A stretch of DNA of 64,000 bases from Bilabrum cf. latius (Eukaryota), in NCBI GenBank assembly GCA_965178125.1, contig OZ237753.1:310001-374000 (forward strand), written 5' to 3'. A model generated the notes under the pieces. The model saw nothing but the letters and a program-made list of their open reading frames with translations, was not told the DNA's origin and did not search any database. The position numbers were made by a program, and so were the translations under genes. Shown here piece by piece: positions 52,001 through 64,000 of this stretch (positions are counted from its first letter, which is position 1; each line of letters begins with the position of its first letter).

Positions 52001-55000
52001 CATCCAGTCGAGCTGGTCCCCTTGATGTGGCTCTTCACGGTCCCGTCAGAATTCATCATCAGCAAGAACACAGACCCAGTGTTTGAATTAAGTTCGTCGT
52101 CGCCCGGCGCCGTCACTGCCAAGTCAGGGATGTCATCGCTGTTCAAGTCGCCGACGCCCGCGACACGACGCCCGAAGCCGTCGCCGTCGGAGAGCGTAAA
52201 CTACGGCAGCCCGCCAGTCGCATCGGTAATCACCTGGGACTCAATGACCGCGCCGTAGGGCTGGGGCGATGCGCTTGGCGTCATTGATGGTGTAACATAT
52301 GGACTTACGGAGCTGCTAGGCGTCACAGACGGTGTAGGAGAAAAGCTCGGGGATGCGAGAGGCGCGGAACCGCCCATAAATGCAATGTACACCTCCCCCT
52401 TACCGCTGTCGACGCTGCTTGCGAGGACGAGTAGGTCCACAGTACCGTCCCCGTTGATGTCAGCAAGCGTGTTGCCGATCATTGCCCTGGTACCGAATTG
52501 GATCCGGTCAAAGTTGGCAGAGGAGATTGTCATAACATCGCGCACAGCATCGGCAGCTGTGGACGGGTTCATGAAGAGAACGTACAAGGCCCCAGTGTTG
52601 GACTGCTGTGCCCCGACCTGCGGCAGACTATCGTGGTACTCGGCACTCACCACGAGGTCCTCCACTCGATCGCCGTCCGCGTCGCCTAGAGATGCAACGA
52701 AGCGCCCGAAATAGTCTCCACCTGCTGTTGAACCTGTAGGCAGCGTGCCAGCAGGGACACCCTCTTCACCGTCCTTGATGACTGACACTGGGGCAGTCAC
52801 AGTGCCATTAATAGACAGAGGCGCGATGACTACAGTTTGAGAGTGGCGGGTTCCAATCACGATGTCAATAGGGTTACCTTGCTGCCTCGGTTTGATAAAG
52901 GTAAACGAGTCGCCAATTAAGTACAGCAAAGGCGAACCTAACGACGAAAGGGAAGCAGCATCTACCGTGGCATAGCTTGCCACTGTGTCGTCGACTGCCA
53001 TCATGAAGATGAAAATGCGGCCTTGATTGCCATTCCAGCCGAACTCGCCCACAGCCAGGTCATTCAAGCCGTCCAGGTCAACGTCACCGATCTCTGATGA
53101 CATGCAGTGCCCAAACTAATCGCTCGATGCTATTGTACTGGCTGGGATCCCCCCGATGCCGTTCTCGATAGGCTGCACCGACTTGGCAGTACCGTTCGAG
53201 TGCATCCTCATGATCAAGATTTTATCTCGGCTACGGAAACCGACGACAAGACGCATGAAGTGCGGATCGTCTCCATTGGGCTGCCTGAATGCCTGCGGAG
53301 ACATGCCGAATCCTCGCCTTGAATCCAAGCTTAAGTCAACCCCGCCGGACGTTGCACTAATCTTCTGGTGTTCCCTGATGGTGCCATTGGGGTGCATGAA
53401 TAGGATGTACAGCGCCCCTGTGTCAGTAGTGTCCACTGTTGGACTATCGTCGTCAAATACTGCGGATACTGCAATATCTACGATGCCGTCTCCATCCAGA
53501 TCTCCAATCGTACTTGCATACTGACCAAACACGTCAAAGTCGTCCAGAGAACCGCGTGGCAGGCCGCCCTTGCCGTCTCCAAGCACAGTCGAGGATACGA
53601 TGATGCCAGGCGGCTCGGGCGTGGTGCTCGGTGATGACGAAACGCTGGGAGTGATGCTCGGAGATGGGGAAGTGCTGGGGGTGGTACTCGGAGATGGGGA
53701 AACGCTGGGGGTGGTACTCGGAGATGGGGAAGTGCTAGGCGAGGGACTCGGGGGAATACCCCCGAGGAAGATCACAAAGGCCGCATCGCTGTCGAGGGCG
53801 CCCACCACGAGGCTGGTCCTCCCGTCTGATCCGAGCCCGCGGATACCTGTAGCCGGCCCGAACTTACTTCCTCCAGCTACAAGTCCGCTCAGCCCTGTCG
53901 TCAATCTCGTCAGCTTGACATGACTCTTAACAGGTACCGCATGCGTGCCGGGATTGAGGTACAGGATGTACAGAGCCCCCGAGTTCGGCCCGGCGCCATT
54001 GTCCGATTTTGCTCCTACCAGCAGGTCCTCAACACCATCCCCATTGAGATCTCCGCACTTGCCCAGCTGACCAAACTCAGAACCTGTCCCGATGCTTCCG
54101 GATGGCATTCCTCCGGCTCCATCTGCAATCAGCTCCACTGTGCCCGGCTCGACGCGTCCGTTGGGTGCGAGGACGAAAAGGACAACCCTGTCTGGGTTCT
54201 GTGCACGTACTGCTAATGTGCTCGCGTTTCCTTCGCTGCGCGGGCTAAGTACAACAATACCGGATCCAAATTGAGTCGTTCCAACAGACATGTCCACTAC
54301 TGAGAGAGGCGAACCGAGGCTGCTGGGTACAAGTTTCGTCAGCGATCTGACCGTATCATCCCCTTGCATGAAGAGCACATACACAGCCCCGTCATTGGTA
54401 CCTGGTGAGTGGCTCTGATGAGCTGCAACGACCATGTCGTTGAGTCCGTCGCCGTCAAGATCCCCCAAGCTGCCATGAAGTTCAGTTCCGAAACGATCAC
54501 CGTTAGCGATTGTGCCGGCTGGTATACCATTCTGCCCATCTTTGATCTGGACCGTGTGAACGACCGTGGCATTTGGCAGCACCCGCATCACATTTACCGC
54601 TTGCAAGTTTCTAAAGCCTCCCAGAAGCCGGGGTAGATGCCCTTGGTCACCGTTCGGCTGATCCAGCCGACCGGGCGACCCAAACCATGAGCCGGAAGGG
54701 AAGCTAGGAATGCCACCGCGAGTCGCCGATATCTTCTGATAGGTGCGCACAGTTCCGTTGGAATGCAAGAAGAGCACGTACAGTGCGCCAGCAGAAGAAC
54801 CACCGTCATTATCGTGCCTAGCCTGGACAGCCACTTCGTCGATACCGTCGCCGTCTAGGTCACCAACATTAGCGACGCGCCCACCGAACTGATCGCCGTT
54901 GTCAAGCTCCCCGGAGGGGAACCCTCCTACTCCGCTTGCGATCTTCAGCGCCGACCGCACCGTTCCAACGGAGGCAGGTGAGGGTGAGGGCGTGGGCGAA

Positions 55001-58000
55001 GGAGTCGCGCTGGGCGAAGGGGTCGGGCTCGGCACCATGCCCCCCATGAAGGCAATGTACGTCGCCCCGCGGTCTATGCCACCAGTGTCGTCCATCCTTC
55101 CAGCGAGAGCAAGATCTATGCGACCGTCGCCGTCAAGGTCTCCGATTGGCAAACAGTTCGACAAGACAGCACCACCAGCCTGCACAACGCCATTCAGTCC
55201 TGGAGATAGGTGCGTAAGCTTTATGAAGCTCTTGACCGGATCAGCTGAGCCGCCTGGGTTGAGGAACAGGATAAACACAGCACCAGAATCCGACTAACCA
55301 GAGCTACTGTCCCGTGCTGCCGTGATGCTCAGGTCAACATGCCCATCGCCATCGAGATCTCCGAGGGCGGATGGCACTGCGCCAAACTTGGATCCTGGCT
55401 GAATGACGCCGTTCGGAATGCCACCTTTGCCGGACTCGATCAGCTCTACCGACCCAGTTATCACAGTCCCGTTCACAGAAAGCCTCGCGATTGCGGCAGA
55501 ATCGGATGCAAGCGACGAGACCACCAGATCGACAGGATTGCCAGGCTGCCGCGGAGAAATCGCCCCAAAGCTCCAACCGAAGCCCGGATTTGATAAAACC
55601 CACCCGAGCTAGCTCAGGCCTCCAAATGCCACGTTAGTCAATATGTTAAAGTCTCGCACCGTATCATTGGCGTGCATGAAGAATATGAATATAGCACCGC
55701 CGTTCGGCTGGGGCTCGTCCCAGCCAGGCGAACTTACAGCTAAATCGTTGAGGCTATCGCTGTCAACGTCGCCGAGATTGCCAGCAACTCCCGATCCAAA
55801 GGCACTGTGCGTGGTCAGAACAGTATCTGGCATACCACCATTTCCGCTATAGATCGCCTGCGTGTGAGCCACAGTGCCGTTGGGGCGCATGCGGAGCACG
55901 TATGCGCGACCGCTGGACGTCGTGACGTCGTCAGCACCATACTGTCCGCAGACCAATCTGGGCATATGACCGTCGTCTCCGTATGGCTGGTCAAAACGAG
56001 CGCACCCGCCAAAGTACGACTCGTTGAACTTGGCGATGTCAGCCCCACCTTCCGACGCGGATATGACCTGGAAGCGCTTTACCGTTCCGTTCCGGTTGAG
56101 GAACAGTACGTAGGCGGCTCCGTTATTGGTCGTATCCGGCTCGTCATGCAAGGCCGCATGGACGACGATGTCAGGAATGCCGTCGTCGTCCAGATCACCG
56201 ATCGGGCTGGCTCTGCCAAACTCGTCGTCATCCGAAAGGGTGTCGTTTGGGATACCCCCGAATCCATCGGCGATCTTGACCGCTGAGACCACGGTGCCAA
56301 CCGGAGCAGGTGAGGGCGAGGGCGTGGGGGTGGGGCTAGGCGTAGCGCTCGGGACGGCACCGCCAATGAAGATCAAGTGCACAGCTCCGCTCTGGAAATA
56401 ACCAACGCCACTAAGCCAGCCACCTGCTGCAATTGTAGCCCTACCGAAGCTGTCCAGTCCCAATATGGTCGTGGGAAAACTTACGCCTGACCCCGCAACC
56501 CAGCTCCCGCTCAGCACCGGGTCCAGCCTTGTGATCTTCGTGTAGTCCCTCACCGGGTCAGTCGACCCTCCCGGGTTGAGATACAGGATATAGATGGCTC
56601 CCGATTCTGTCCCTCCCGTACCGTCTGATCTAGCACCCACAAGCAGGTCCTCCACACCGTCTCCGTCTAGATCACCGCATTTGCCCACTTGGCCGAAGCT
56701 GGACCCGGCCTGCACGCTCCCATCCGGCAAGCCCCCTGCATCGTTGCCCACAGTCTCTAGTGAGCCGAATATCACTCTCCCGTCGCTACCAAGCCGGAAC
56801 AGTGCAATGGACGACAAGCTGGTATCAACTGCCACATCGACCGGATTTCCTTGAGCACGGGGACTCAATGGTGCTATATAGCCGCCAATCGATGTGCTTG
56901 ATGCCACGGGCAGCGCTCCTCCATGTAGCCCACCCCCGGGCGCCGTCGACAGCACGGTATAGTTTTTCACCGTGTCGTTCCCATGCATAAACAGCACGTA
57001 CAGAGCGCCGGCATCGGTGCCTGCCCGGTCGTCCATAGGTGCCCCAACAATGACGTCGCTGTAGCCGTCGCCATCCACGTCGCCCAAGCCGCCACTTAGT
57101 CCCACACCCCACAGGCTGCCAGCCTGAATGGACCCAGCGGGCATGCCCCCTTCTCCGTTCGTAATCTTCTGCGTGTGCAACACTGTTGCATTCGGCAGCA
57201 CCCGCATCACATACAGTGTAACGTGCGTCCTTGCGCCTCCTAGCAGCCGAGGCAGGTGCCCATCGTCTCCGAGGGGCTGATCAAGCCGACCGGGGATCCC
57301 GAATCTGTTGTCTGTCATGATGCTTACATCAGCACCACCCTCCGTCGCGGAGATTTTCTAGAAGTCTCTCACAGTGCCGTTGGGGTGCAGGAAAAGCACA
57401 TACATGGCACCATTGTCTGTGCCACCATCGTCATCACCTTGGGCATGCACAGCTATTTCATCTATTCCGTCGTGGTCCAGGTCACCCACGTTCACCACAC
57501 GGTGCCCAAATTGGTCAACTGCGCCCAACTCTCCGCTAGGAAACCCTCCTATTCCGCTCGCCACCTTCACCGTCGACACCACCGCACCATGTGCGGCAGG
57601 CGACGGTGTGGATGAAGGCGAGGAAGTCGCGGATACTGATGGTGTTGGAGAGGCCGATGCTGTGGGTGTAGGAGACTGTGTCGGAGAGGGGCTCGGGACA
57701 GATCCGCCGAGAGTGACTACGTACACTGCTCCACCCTGTGGGCCTATTGTGTCGTCTGCGGGAGCCCCAAAGACGATGTCCGTCCTCCCGTCCCCATCCA
57801 CATCACCCAAACCAGCAACCGGACCAATCCAGGAGCCAAGTGGTACCACCCCAGCAATTCTAGGCGTCAGCACAGTGATAACGGTATAATTCCTGACTGG
57901 ATCAGTTGATCCACCGGGGTTCATGTACAGAACGTACACAGCTCCCGAGTCAGCACCCCCTGTGTCGTCCAGAAGCGCACCCACCAGCAGGTCCTGGATT

Positions 58001-61000
58001 CCGTCCCCGTCCAAGTCACCGCATGGTCCAATCTGCCCAAACCCTGAGCCCGCTTGAACGCTGCCCGTCGGCATTCCTCCAATCCCATTGCCAATCAGCT
58101 GTACCGACCCTGGGATGGCCGTCCCATTCGCTGCGAGCCGAAACAATGCAATCGTGTTGTTGAACCCCGTACGGAGCGCTACATCCACAGGGTTGCCGGG
58201 CAAACGAGGGGTCAGCGCCTCTACTCCCCATGAGAAAGCAAACGGCCCAGCGCCGCCCAGTGCGCCATCAAATGATCCTCCCGGACCGGGCTGCAGCAAC
58301 GTGTAATCTCTCACCGTGTCGTTCCCACGCATGAATAGCACGAACAGTGCACCTGAGGTGCCGTAGCCCGGAGCACTCACGATGATATCATTTCGCCTGT
58401 CCCCGTCCACGTCACCTAGCTAGTGGCTGCTGATGGCACCCGTGAATAACGCCCCTGCCGGTATAGATCCGGTTGGCATCCCCCCTATACCGTCTGCAAT
58501 CCTTTGCGTGTGTACAATAGTGGCATTCGGCAGCACCCGCATCACGTACAACGCGTTGGGCCCCTCAGTCCCCGCAAGCAGCCGGGGCATGTGCCCGTCG
58601 TCGCCTAGAGGCTGGTCCAGGCGTCCAGGGATACCAAAGTAAATGTTTCCCGTGTACTCCTGAGTGGCATTTGCATCCACGGCCGTAATCTTGTTAAAAT
58701 CCCTCACTGTACCATTTGAGGACAGAAATAGTACGTATATTGCACCGGCATTGATCCGCCCAGTGCTATCGCCAATGGCCTGCACCAGCACCTCATCGAT
58801 ACCGTCTCCATCGATGTCTCCTCCACTTGCCACTCGGTGACCGAAGCGGCTTTGTCCGTGAGAAAGACCCGCCGGCAGACCCCCGAGGCCTTCGCTGATT
58901 GCTGTCACGGATAGCACTGATCCGGGCTCGCCGGGAGCCAGGGCTGTGGGAGATGCTGATGGCGTGGGTGAAGGCGTGGGCGAGCTGCTGGGAGTAGGGC
59001 TTGGGCTTGGTGACGCGAAAAAGGCCGGCCCTACGCGGATCTGGAATATGTACACGGCACCCGCCCTGTATGCACCGGTGCTATCGAACCATGCGGCCGC
59101 AGCCACGCTGAGAGACTGACCATCCCCATCCATGTCCCCCATTACCGCTAGCGCAACGCCTAGGCGGGAGTCATTCATCGTCAAGCTGTTAAGTGCTGGT
59201 ACAGTTGTTGATGAGATCTCCTGCAGTCCAACCGCCAAGCCGTCTGATCTACGCAGCTGCATGATGTACATGGCACCTCGCTTCGAGCCGCCGTTATCTG
59301 CGGTAGACGCGCTGACAACGATCTCAACCAGATCATCGCGTTCCAGGTCACCAAGAACAGCGATCCCTGCACCGAGGCCGCCGTTCGCGTTGAACGTGCT
59401 CGGTCCATACCCCCCGTTCGAGTTCGAATAGAGAGTCGAATTTCGGACGTACAGGCTACCGTTCGAGTGCCTGCCAAATCTCACCAGAAGCACACCTCCT
59501 GTTGGAGTGCCGCTGATTGTGGTGGCAGGCGAGCCCAGCATCAGGTCCGGAACGCCGCCATAGTCTAGCGCCGGCATGCTGACAGGACTCCTGAAATAGT
59601 CTAGTGTGGTCCACCGCTCTAGCCCGCCCCCTGTGGCGGAGCTGATCGTGGTCACCATCCGAACGGTATCATTGGGCGCCAAGTGCAAAATGTAAGCCGT
59701 TGGGGAACCAACTAGAGTAGTTGTGACCACATCCAGCAGCCCATCACCATCCATGTCGTCTACACCGCCTATAGCAAAGCCAAGCAAGCCCTGCGATGGA
59801 ATTAATCCAGATGGCAAGCCGTTGACACCGCTCGAGATGCGCAGGTGAGAGTGCACCAGGCCGGACGAATTGAGCCGCAGCACGTGCAAGGCCCCTTCGT
59901 TGGAATTGAATGCACGCTCACCAACGAACAGCCTCGGCATGCTGGGGTCATCTCCGAGAGGCTGGCCGCTGGGCAAGCTGCCCATGCCTATCCCGAGATT
60001 ACCGGCAAAATCTGTATCAAAGCCGCTGTTGGCATCGGTGCTAGTTGCAGTATCCTTGGCAATGACGCTGTAACTCATGACACTCCCGGATGAGTCCATG
60101 AAGCAGACATAGATCCTGCTTAGACCCGATAATACAACAGCCCCCACGGCCAGATCGTCAATGCCGTTGCCATCCAGGTCGCCCACGTTCGCGATCTCCC
60201 GTCCGAAGCGATACTCACTACCCAGCAGTCCGGAAGGCAGCCCGCCTTCGTTGTTCCGGATAGCAGTTAACCCCATGACAGCCCCGTGGGCAGCAGGGGA
60301 AGGTGAGGGGCTAGCAGTTGTCGATGGAGAGATGCTGGGTGTTGGGCTGGGCGTTGGGCTAGGACTCGGGCTCGGCACCACCCCCTTGATGAAAATGACG
60401 TGGACTGCCCCCCGGTGCGTCCCGCCGGTGCTGTCTTCGTGGGCACCCGCAACAAGGCTGGTCGTGTTCAGACCCCCTAGGCCGCGCACGCCAGCAGCTG
60501 GGCCCATATGAGTCTGGTCGTCCAAGGTCGGGCTTAACACTAGATTCAATTTTGAGAGCTTCACGAAGCGCTTCACCGGATCTACTGACCCGCCTGAAGT
60601 GAGGTACACGACGTAAACTGCGCCTGCGTTAGTGCCACCGCTGTCGTCCCAAGGAGCACCGATCAGAATGTCCTCCACCCCGTCTCCGTCCAAGTCACCG
60701 CACTTGCCAACGGAGGTGATGCCAGCCATCTGGCCGCTCGGTACGCCTCCCAGACCTTCCCCAATGAACTCAAAGGAGCCGGGAATGGCGGAACCATTGC
60801 GGGCCAGCCGAAATAGCACCACCTGATTGATGGTTAGATCTGCGAGCAGAGCAATGTCCACCGGATTCCCAGGCAATCTAGGGCTTAACGCCATCACGGA
60901 AGTTGACAACCGGTTTCCGGAATCGGCCCAGGTGCCCACAAGGCTACCACCATTGCCACCATGCAGCACAGTGAAATTCTTCACCGTGTCATTCGCGCGC

Positions 61001-64000
61001 ATCATGAGGACGTATAGGGCACCCGAGTCCAAACCTGCCTGATCGTCTAGGGTGGCGCTGACCATGATGTCATTAAAACCATCCTCATCGATGTCGCCGA
61101 GATCCCCCGAAATGGCCACGCCGAACCGAGTGTTGAACAGGGAGTTTCCAGCCGGCATCCCCCCCTCCCCGTCGGCAATCCTCTGCGTGTGCACCACCGT
61201 GGCATTCGGAAGCACCCGCATCACGTACAGCACTCCACCGTCTTCATACCCCCCAAGCAGCCTGGGCAAGTGGCCTTGGTCCCCTCGAGGCTGATCGAGA
61301 CGACCAGGGGTACCAAAGCGCGGTTCCAAGTCGTCAATCTCGGCCCCTCCCTCAGAGTACGATATCTTCTGAAAGTCTCGTACCGTACCGTTGGATCGTA
61401 GGAAAAGCACGTACATTGCGCCCGCATTGGTAAGCGAAGGGTCGTCACTCATCGTCGCCTTGACAGCCACTTCATCTATTCCGTCGTGGTCCAGGTCGCC
61501 CACGTTCACCACGAGGTCTCCAAACCTGTCTCCATCGCTCAGCTCTCCAGACGGAAATCCGTTCAGCCCGCTGGCGATCTTTACCGTGGAGAGCACGGTC
61601 CCGAGGTCAGGCGAGGGACTGGCCGATGGCGTCGGGGTAGCAGAAGTGCTCGGAGTTGCGGAGGGGCTTGGGGTGCTGGACGCGCTTGGGGTCGGGCTCG
61701 GGGTAATGCTTGGAACGGGCCCGCCGCCCATCATCATCACGAAGCCCCTTCCCGCGCGTTTTGAAGTTCCAAACGATTCCGGTGCACCCACGAATAGGTC
61801 TGTCGTGAGGTCCCCATTGACGTCACCGAGTGCTGCGATGCTACTGCCAAAGAAGTCGTTCTATGCGAGCGACCCATCTAGCTCGCCGCCAGAGCCAGTC
61901 TGTAAAAGTGGATGGGTCTCCACGGCATGTCCAGTGCTGTTGATGCGAATCATAAAAATACCGCCCACGTCAGCCTATCCGGGGGCATCTCTGTTGGGCG
62001 CCCCCACAGCGATCCATGAGTCAAAGGAACCGTCTAAGTGGCCCAAGTGCTCGACGCTGGAGCCAAAGTAATCGAAACCATTCAAATCAAACGAGAAACC
62101 ACCGCTTTGTTCTGCGATCAAGGTGAAGTGAGACACACCCACAGTGGTGTCGGATGCAAAGGCGATCACCACACCCCCGTTCCAAATGTCACCATTGCTG
62201 CTAGTATACGATGCCCCTGCAGCGAAATCGTCCCTTCCGTTCCCGTCCAGGTCGCCCAGCCCAGCTAGTGCGGTGCCCAGGCGATGCACAGGTTCAGGGA
62301 GACCGCTTCCGCCGCTAGTGTTGAAGCTGTGGTGGTCGAGCTCGATGGTCCTGTTGACGGTGTCCGTGTTTGCGTTCATGAGCAGCAAGACAATGTTGCC
62401 TTCGAAGCTATCAGCGCCGGGTGTACCACCCGCGATGTCGGTCACGCCGTCCCCGTTGAAGTCGCCGATGGACGCGACCGACCACCCAAATCCGCTCGGC
62501 AGCGCGCCCACCCCCGCGTTGTTGCTCCTGAGCACGGTGAAAGAGGAAGCCTCACCCGAGCTCTCGTTCATGCGCACGAGGTACGACCTCGATGCGGAGT
62601 TAGCGGATAGGATGACACGAAGGGGCATATTCTAGTCTTCCGCCCAGCCGGGCCGAATCACATCCAGGTCGACCGCGAGATGGTAGCTGCCACCTATCGC
62701 TGTATGCATGGGGTTGTCCGTAGGTACCACTGGTGTGGCAGATTTGACCGTACCGTTGCGGTGCAGCAGCACCGTCCAGGCCTGACCTCTGCTGCTGACA
62801 GCTCCGACGTCGGCAAAAGGCGCTCCGATCATGACGTCAGGGACCCCATCACCATCAATATCTCCGATGGGTGCCGCACCCGTCGCATAAGAGTCATTGA
62901 GCCCGAGCACTACATCATCGGGCCATCCGCCGCGGCCCAATCTACCAATCTCAACGATCTCAGATACGCTGCCAATCGGGGCCGCAGCAGCGGAGGGAGA
63001 AGCAGAGGGCGTTGGGGAAGGACTGGGGCTAGGCAGGGCGGCGGCGCCTCCCACGCTGATGATCGCAGCGCCTCCGTAGTTAGTGCCACCGTAGTCTGCC
63101 TGGGGTAAACCAGCGAGGATCTCCCTCCGCCCGTCTCCGTCAAGATCCGCGACGGTGTCCAGCGGCACCATGCGGGCTCCAGCGGGGAGAGTGGACAGAG
63201 CGGGAATACTTCTGTCCAGTTGGTCCACGCTCTTCACCGGGTCTGTCTCATTCCCAGGGTTCATGTACAGAATGTAGATTGCCCCGCTGCTCGAAGCATA
63301 GCCGTCCGCGCTCGCGAGCAAGTCAGCCACGCCGTCTCCGTCCATGTCTCCGGCTAGGCAAAGGGACTCACCGAACCGATCGCCGAGTGAGTAGTCAGTG
63401 TTCAAGATGCCACCGACCCCTCGATGAGCCACTTGGACGGCAGAGCCAGGCACGACGCCACCGTCGTAGCCCAGTCGGAACACAGCGATAATGCCGTCGT
63501 CTATCTAGACCCTGTAGAAGACAGCGACGTCCACGGGATTGCCTTCCTGCCTCGGGGGCATGGCGGCGATGGCGGCGCCAAGGTCTTCCCTGTCAGCACC
63601 CGGGAGGGAGCTGAGGCCCTCGCCCGCCAGCATGCTCAGCCTGCGAGCGCTCTTGACCGTGTCGTTGCCGTGCATGAACAGGACGAACAGGGCACCATCG
63701 TCCGTGCCGTTCATGTCCGCCTTGGGGGCACCGACGAGCAGATCGACGAAGCCGTCTCCGTCCACGTCTCCAATGCCCGCCTCAACTGCGGAACCGAACT
63801 CGTCACCCGGTGCTATGGTGCCTGCCGGAAGGCCGCTCACATTGTTCTGCAGGATGGTGCGGTTCATCATCGTGCCGTTCGGCCAGAGGCGAAGGACCTG
63901 CACTCGGCCAGACAGTCTGCCGTTTGCGTCAGAGCCATCCTCTCCGACTGCAAGGCGCAGCAGCTCAGGACTCTCGCCGTTTGACTGTCGGAAGGCAGTA
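40087..64000 (-). CDS. Giant FG-GAP (integrin-alpha-like propeller) repeat / REJ / EGF / GPS multi-pass membrane protein, polycystin-1-like, 5' partial, >7,900 aa
   Basis: 27 ORF fragments from 40087 to 63505 share one frame. Every internal stop I checked is TAG, and the final stop is TGA. Many FG..GDxDGDGxxD..VGA repeats, REJ-type motifs (LDARGSAD..WQC, NAPPSSG..GWTD..PLLYRF), EGF CSGHGSC..CMCDDDWFGRGC, GPS CATTHLSDF, and several hydrophobic TM segments at 40400-43640. Confidence 0.85.

Noticed and set aside
1-64000. Interpreting the fragmented ORFs as pseudogenes or many small genes
   Set aside because: The interruptions are exclusively TAG, there are no frameshifts over 16-24 kb, and catalytic and conserved motifs are intact in essential genes.
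1-64000. Pyrrolysine or programmed context-dependent read-through of TAG
   Set aside because: TAG is too frequent, occurs in all genes in varied contexts, and the locus is eukaryotic with spliceosomal introns.
49760-64000. Bacterial contamination, or a true integrin alpha chain
   Set aside because: The FG-GAP region is in frame with eukaryotic REJ/GPS/TM domains and uses the same TAG code. I saw no integrin KxGFFKR tail or single-propeller layout.
1-64000. A suppressor tRNA-Gln(CUA), eRF1, rRNA or other RNA gene in the window
   Set aside because: None was recognisable by eye in the short intergenic gaps. tRNAscan-SE or Infernal would be needed to exclude them.

Overview
Gene-dense, GC-rich eukaryotic nuclear DNA with short GT-AG introns. 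It looks like a heterotrophic protist, possibly a stramenopile, but that is inference only. The supplied ORF track is misleading because this genome reads TAG as a sense codon, almost certainly Gln. Long runs of ORF fragments share one frame and break only at TAG. TAG alternates with CAG in a poly-Q tract, replaces CAG in a paralog, and sits at conserved Gln positions in Rpt2 and in a PKD1-type motif. TAA was not seen inside any reconstructed frame I checked, and genes end in TGA (9) or TAA (1), so UAA and UAG appear uncoupled. Read with TAG=Gln, the window holds 11 genes: a very large ATM/Tel1-like kinase (3' end outside the window), an ankyrin-like protein, CNOT10, a head-to-head pair of GH79 heparanase-like genes, tafazzin with a 41-bp minisatellite built on its stop codon, a hypothetical protein, an mL40-like mitoribosomal protein, proteasome Rpt2, a 2,456-aa PriCT-2-like/FN3/EF-hand-like protein, and a >7,900-aa apparently intronless surface protein with at least 11 FG-GAP propeller modules plus REJ, EGF, GPS and multiple TM segments (5' end outside the window). 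All family calls come from motif recognition by eye, not database searches.
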